A DNA stretch of 63,992 nucleotides, filler included, from Dimargaris cristalligena (Eukaryota): the NCBI GenBank assembly GCA_003614675.1. It is 10 parts of 10 records of this genome, joined end to end, with 100 filler letters (N's around TTAATTAATTAA, not from the genome) between each part and the next. Parts side by side here need not be neighbours in the genome. Positions count along the whole stretch, not along the records: positions 58,378 to 63,992 come from ML003602.1; 9 more parts are not named here. One strand, written 5' to 3'. The stretch's first letter is position 1, and each line of letters begins with the position of its first letter. Below, in pieces: positions 62,766 to 63,992 of the stretch. The notes beneath the pieces were generated by a model. That model was given only the letters and a program-made list of their open reading frames with translations, did not search any database and was not told the origin of the DNA. A program made the position numbers and the translations under genes.

Positions 62766-63202
62766 CGCCCGGTGGGGGGGAGTGTCCCACACCCTGTCGT
62801 ATAAATAGGGTTTCTCTGCCCACCTGGCCGCTCGACTTTCACCACTGGTTACCAGGAATCATTTTAAATATCCTGATTAGTGCAGCGGAACAATGCCAAT
62901 ATGGGGCTGGCTGGGAGGAGATAGAACTGTTAGTATCTCGTAAATCAAGAGCCCCAAAGCCGCACGTCTTCCTTTACGCCTGACAAAAGCCCTCGTGGTG
63001 ATAATTCCTGATTTGATACTATTTAACCACAGCTGCCGCATTTTCGGCTAACCACACCCTGTCCCATGTGATTAATAAATAATCCTCTAAACCTTTCTCC
63101 CAAGTTCTCCGACCCTCACTTTCTTTCCCACTCACTCACGCATTTCGCTTATTCAATCTCATTCGCATTCCCTGGGGACCTTTTTCCTTGGCTTGGTCCG
63201 CC

Positions 63203-63992
63203 ATGCAGCCCATTCCCCTGTCCGTTTTACCCCAACCCGTCGTCTCTCGAGCCAAGCAAGTGTGCAACTATTGTCGGGACCGTAAAATAAAATGCGATAG
63301 GACGCTGCCCACCTGCTCCAGTTGCAAGCTCCGCCGCCGAAGTTGCCACTATGGACTGCCTCCAGTCAAACAACGCCGCTCCGAAGGACAGCTCCGTCGC
63401 CACGTTTTGGTGCCCATTCGCCCTGGCTCCCAGCCCGCCCGCCCGCCACTACCAGCCACGGCCCCCGGGCCCTCCCCTAAAACCCGACCATGCACCACCT
63501 CGCCCTCCGGCTCGTCCAATTCGGTCTCTCCCGAAGGCCCAGCTACTTCCGACGAGTTCCGCCGCATCGAAGCGAACCCCCCCAACCCCTCGCGGTTCGC
63601 CAGCGATTGGCTTGCCAAAATGTTAAACTCCAGCGCCTCCCATAGTGCCCACCGTCCCGCCGAACGTCTCTTCCGGCGCCTCTTTGACAAAGTGTACCAA
63701 CAGAACCCGCTACCACTGGAGTCGCCGAGCCCTTCCGTCGACTGGCCGGGCTACATCAACTCCCTCCTCGGCTCCCTCCCCCGGTGCCTCTATACCACCA
63801 CTGATTTACTGTTCCATTCCCATGTCATTGACGAACATATCTTCCTGTTTTGCCGTTTTCTCTATCCCGGCCTGGAGGTGCCCCACTATCAGCGTATCCT
63901 GCACCGTCGTAAGATCGGTGTCGTATCCCCCGTCTTTGCCCTGGCCGTGGCTGGTAGTGGCGGGCGGGCGGGCTGGGAGCCAGGGCGAATTA
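63203..63992 (+). CDS. Zn(II)2Cys6 transcription factor, 3'-truncated (absent from the ORF track)
   Basis: MQPIPL...CNYCRDRKIKCDRTLPTCSSCKLRRRSC fits C-x2-C-x6-C-x6-C-x2-C-x6-C. The frame stays open to the window end. Confidence 0.92.
   Translation, partial: MQPIPLSVLPQPVVSRAKQVCNYCRDRKIKCDRTLPTCSSCKLRRRSCHYGLPPVKQRRSEGQLRRHVLVPIRPGSQPARPPLPATAPGPSPKTRPCTTSPSGSSNSVSPEGPATSDEFRRIEANPPNPSRFASDWLAKMLNSSASHSAHRPAERLFRRLFDKVYQQNPLPLESPSPSVDWPGYINSLLGSLPRCLYTTTDLLFHSHVIDEHIFLFCRFLYPGLEVPHYQRILHRRKIGVVSPVFALAVAGSGGRAGWEPGRI
63943..63990 (-). repeat. Perfect 48-bp inverted copy of 63416-63463
   Basis: ggccgtggctggtagtggcgggcgggcgggctgggagccagggcgaat is the exact reverse complement. Confidence 0.95.

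Noticed and set aside
47738-63992. Biosynthetic gene cluster of NRPS, receptor, acyltransferase and Zn2Cys6 regulator
   Set aside because: The genes lie on three contigs joined artificially.

Overview
This is not one locus. It is ten unrelated ~6.4-kb contigs joined by an artificial 100-nt spacer (N44-TTAATTAATTAA-N44). The eight complete contigs decrease in length (6405, 6394, 6387, 6385, 6378, 6376, 6369, 6365 bp), so neighbours across spacers mean nothing. The DNA is fungal: GT-AG introns, a Zn2Cys6 factor and a trehalose-complex subunit are present. An intronless bacterial-style NRPS and a perfect inversion at the window end suggest an amplified single-cell assembly of an early-diverging (Zoopagomycota/Dimargaris-like) fungus; this is inference. 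Nuclear genes: a tandemly duplicated secreted-protein family, a spliced PEBP gene, an RRM-less U11/U12-65K (RNPC3)-like gene, AFG2/SPATA5, a TPS-complex subunit with a mutated phosphatase site, an AVT2/SLC38A11 transporter, RRP9, a GCIP-family gene, tRNA-Lys(CTT), a class-C-like 7TM protein, the 3' part of an NRPS, an ankyrin protein, DGAT1 and a Zn2Cys6 factor. One contig is mitochondrial-type: the 5' part of nad5 with three group I introns, a 7-nt micro-exon and two decayed LAGLIDADG ORFs. Repeats include a ~145-bp MITE-like family (6 copies), an LTR family (4 copies, one solo LTR with a 5-bp TSD) and a TIR element. Several kb-scale tracts around old repeats have almost no CpG. Most notable: the RRM-less 65K protein, the CpG erasure around repeats and the nad5 micro-exon.
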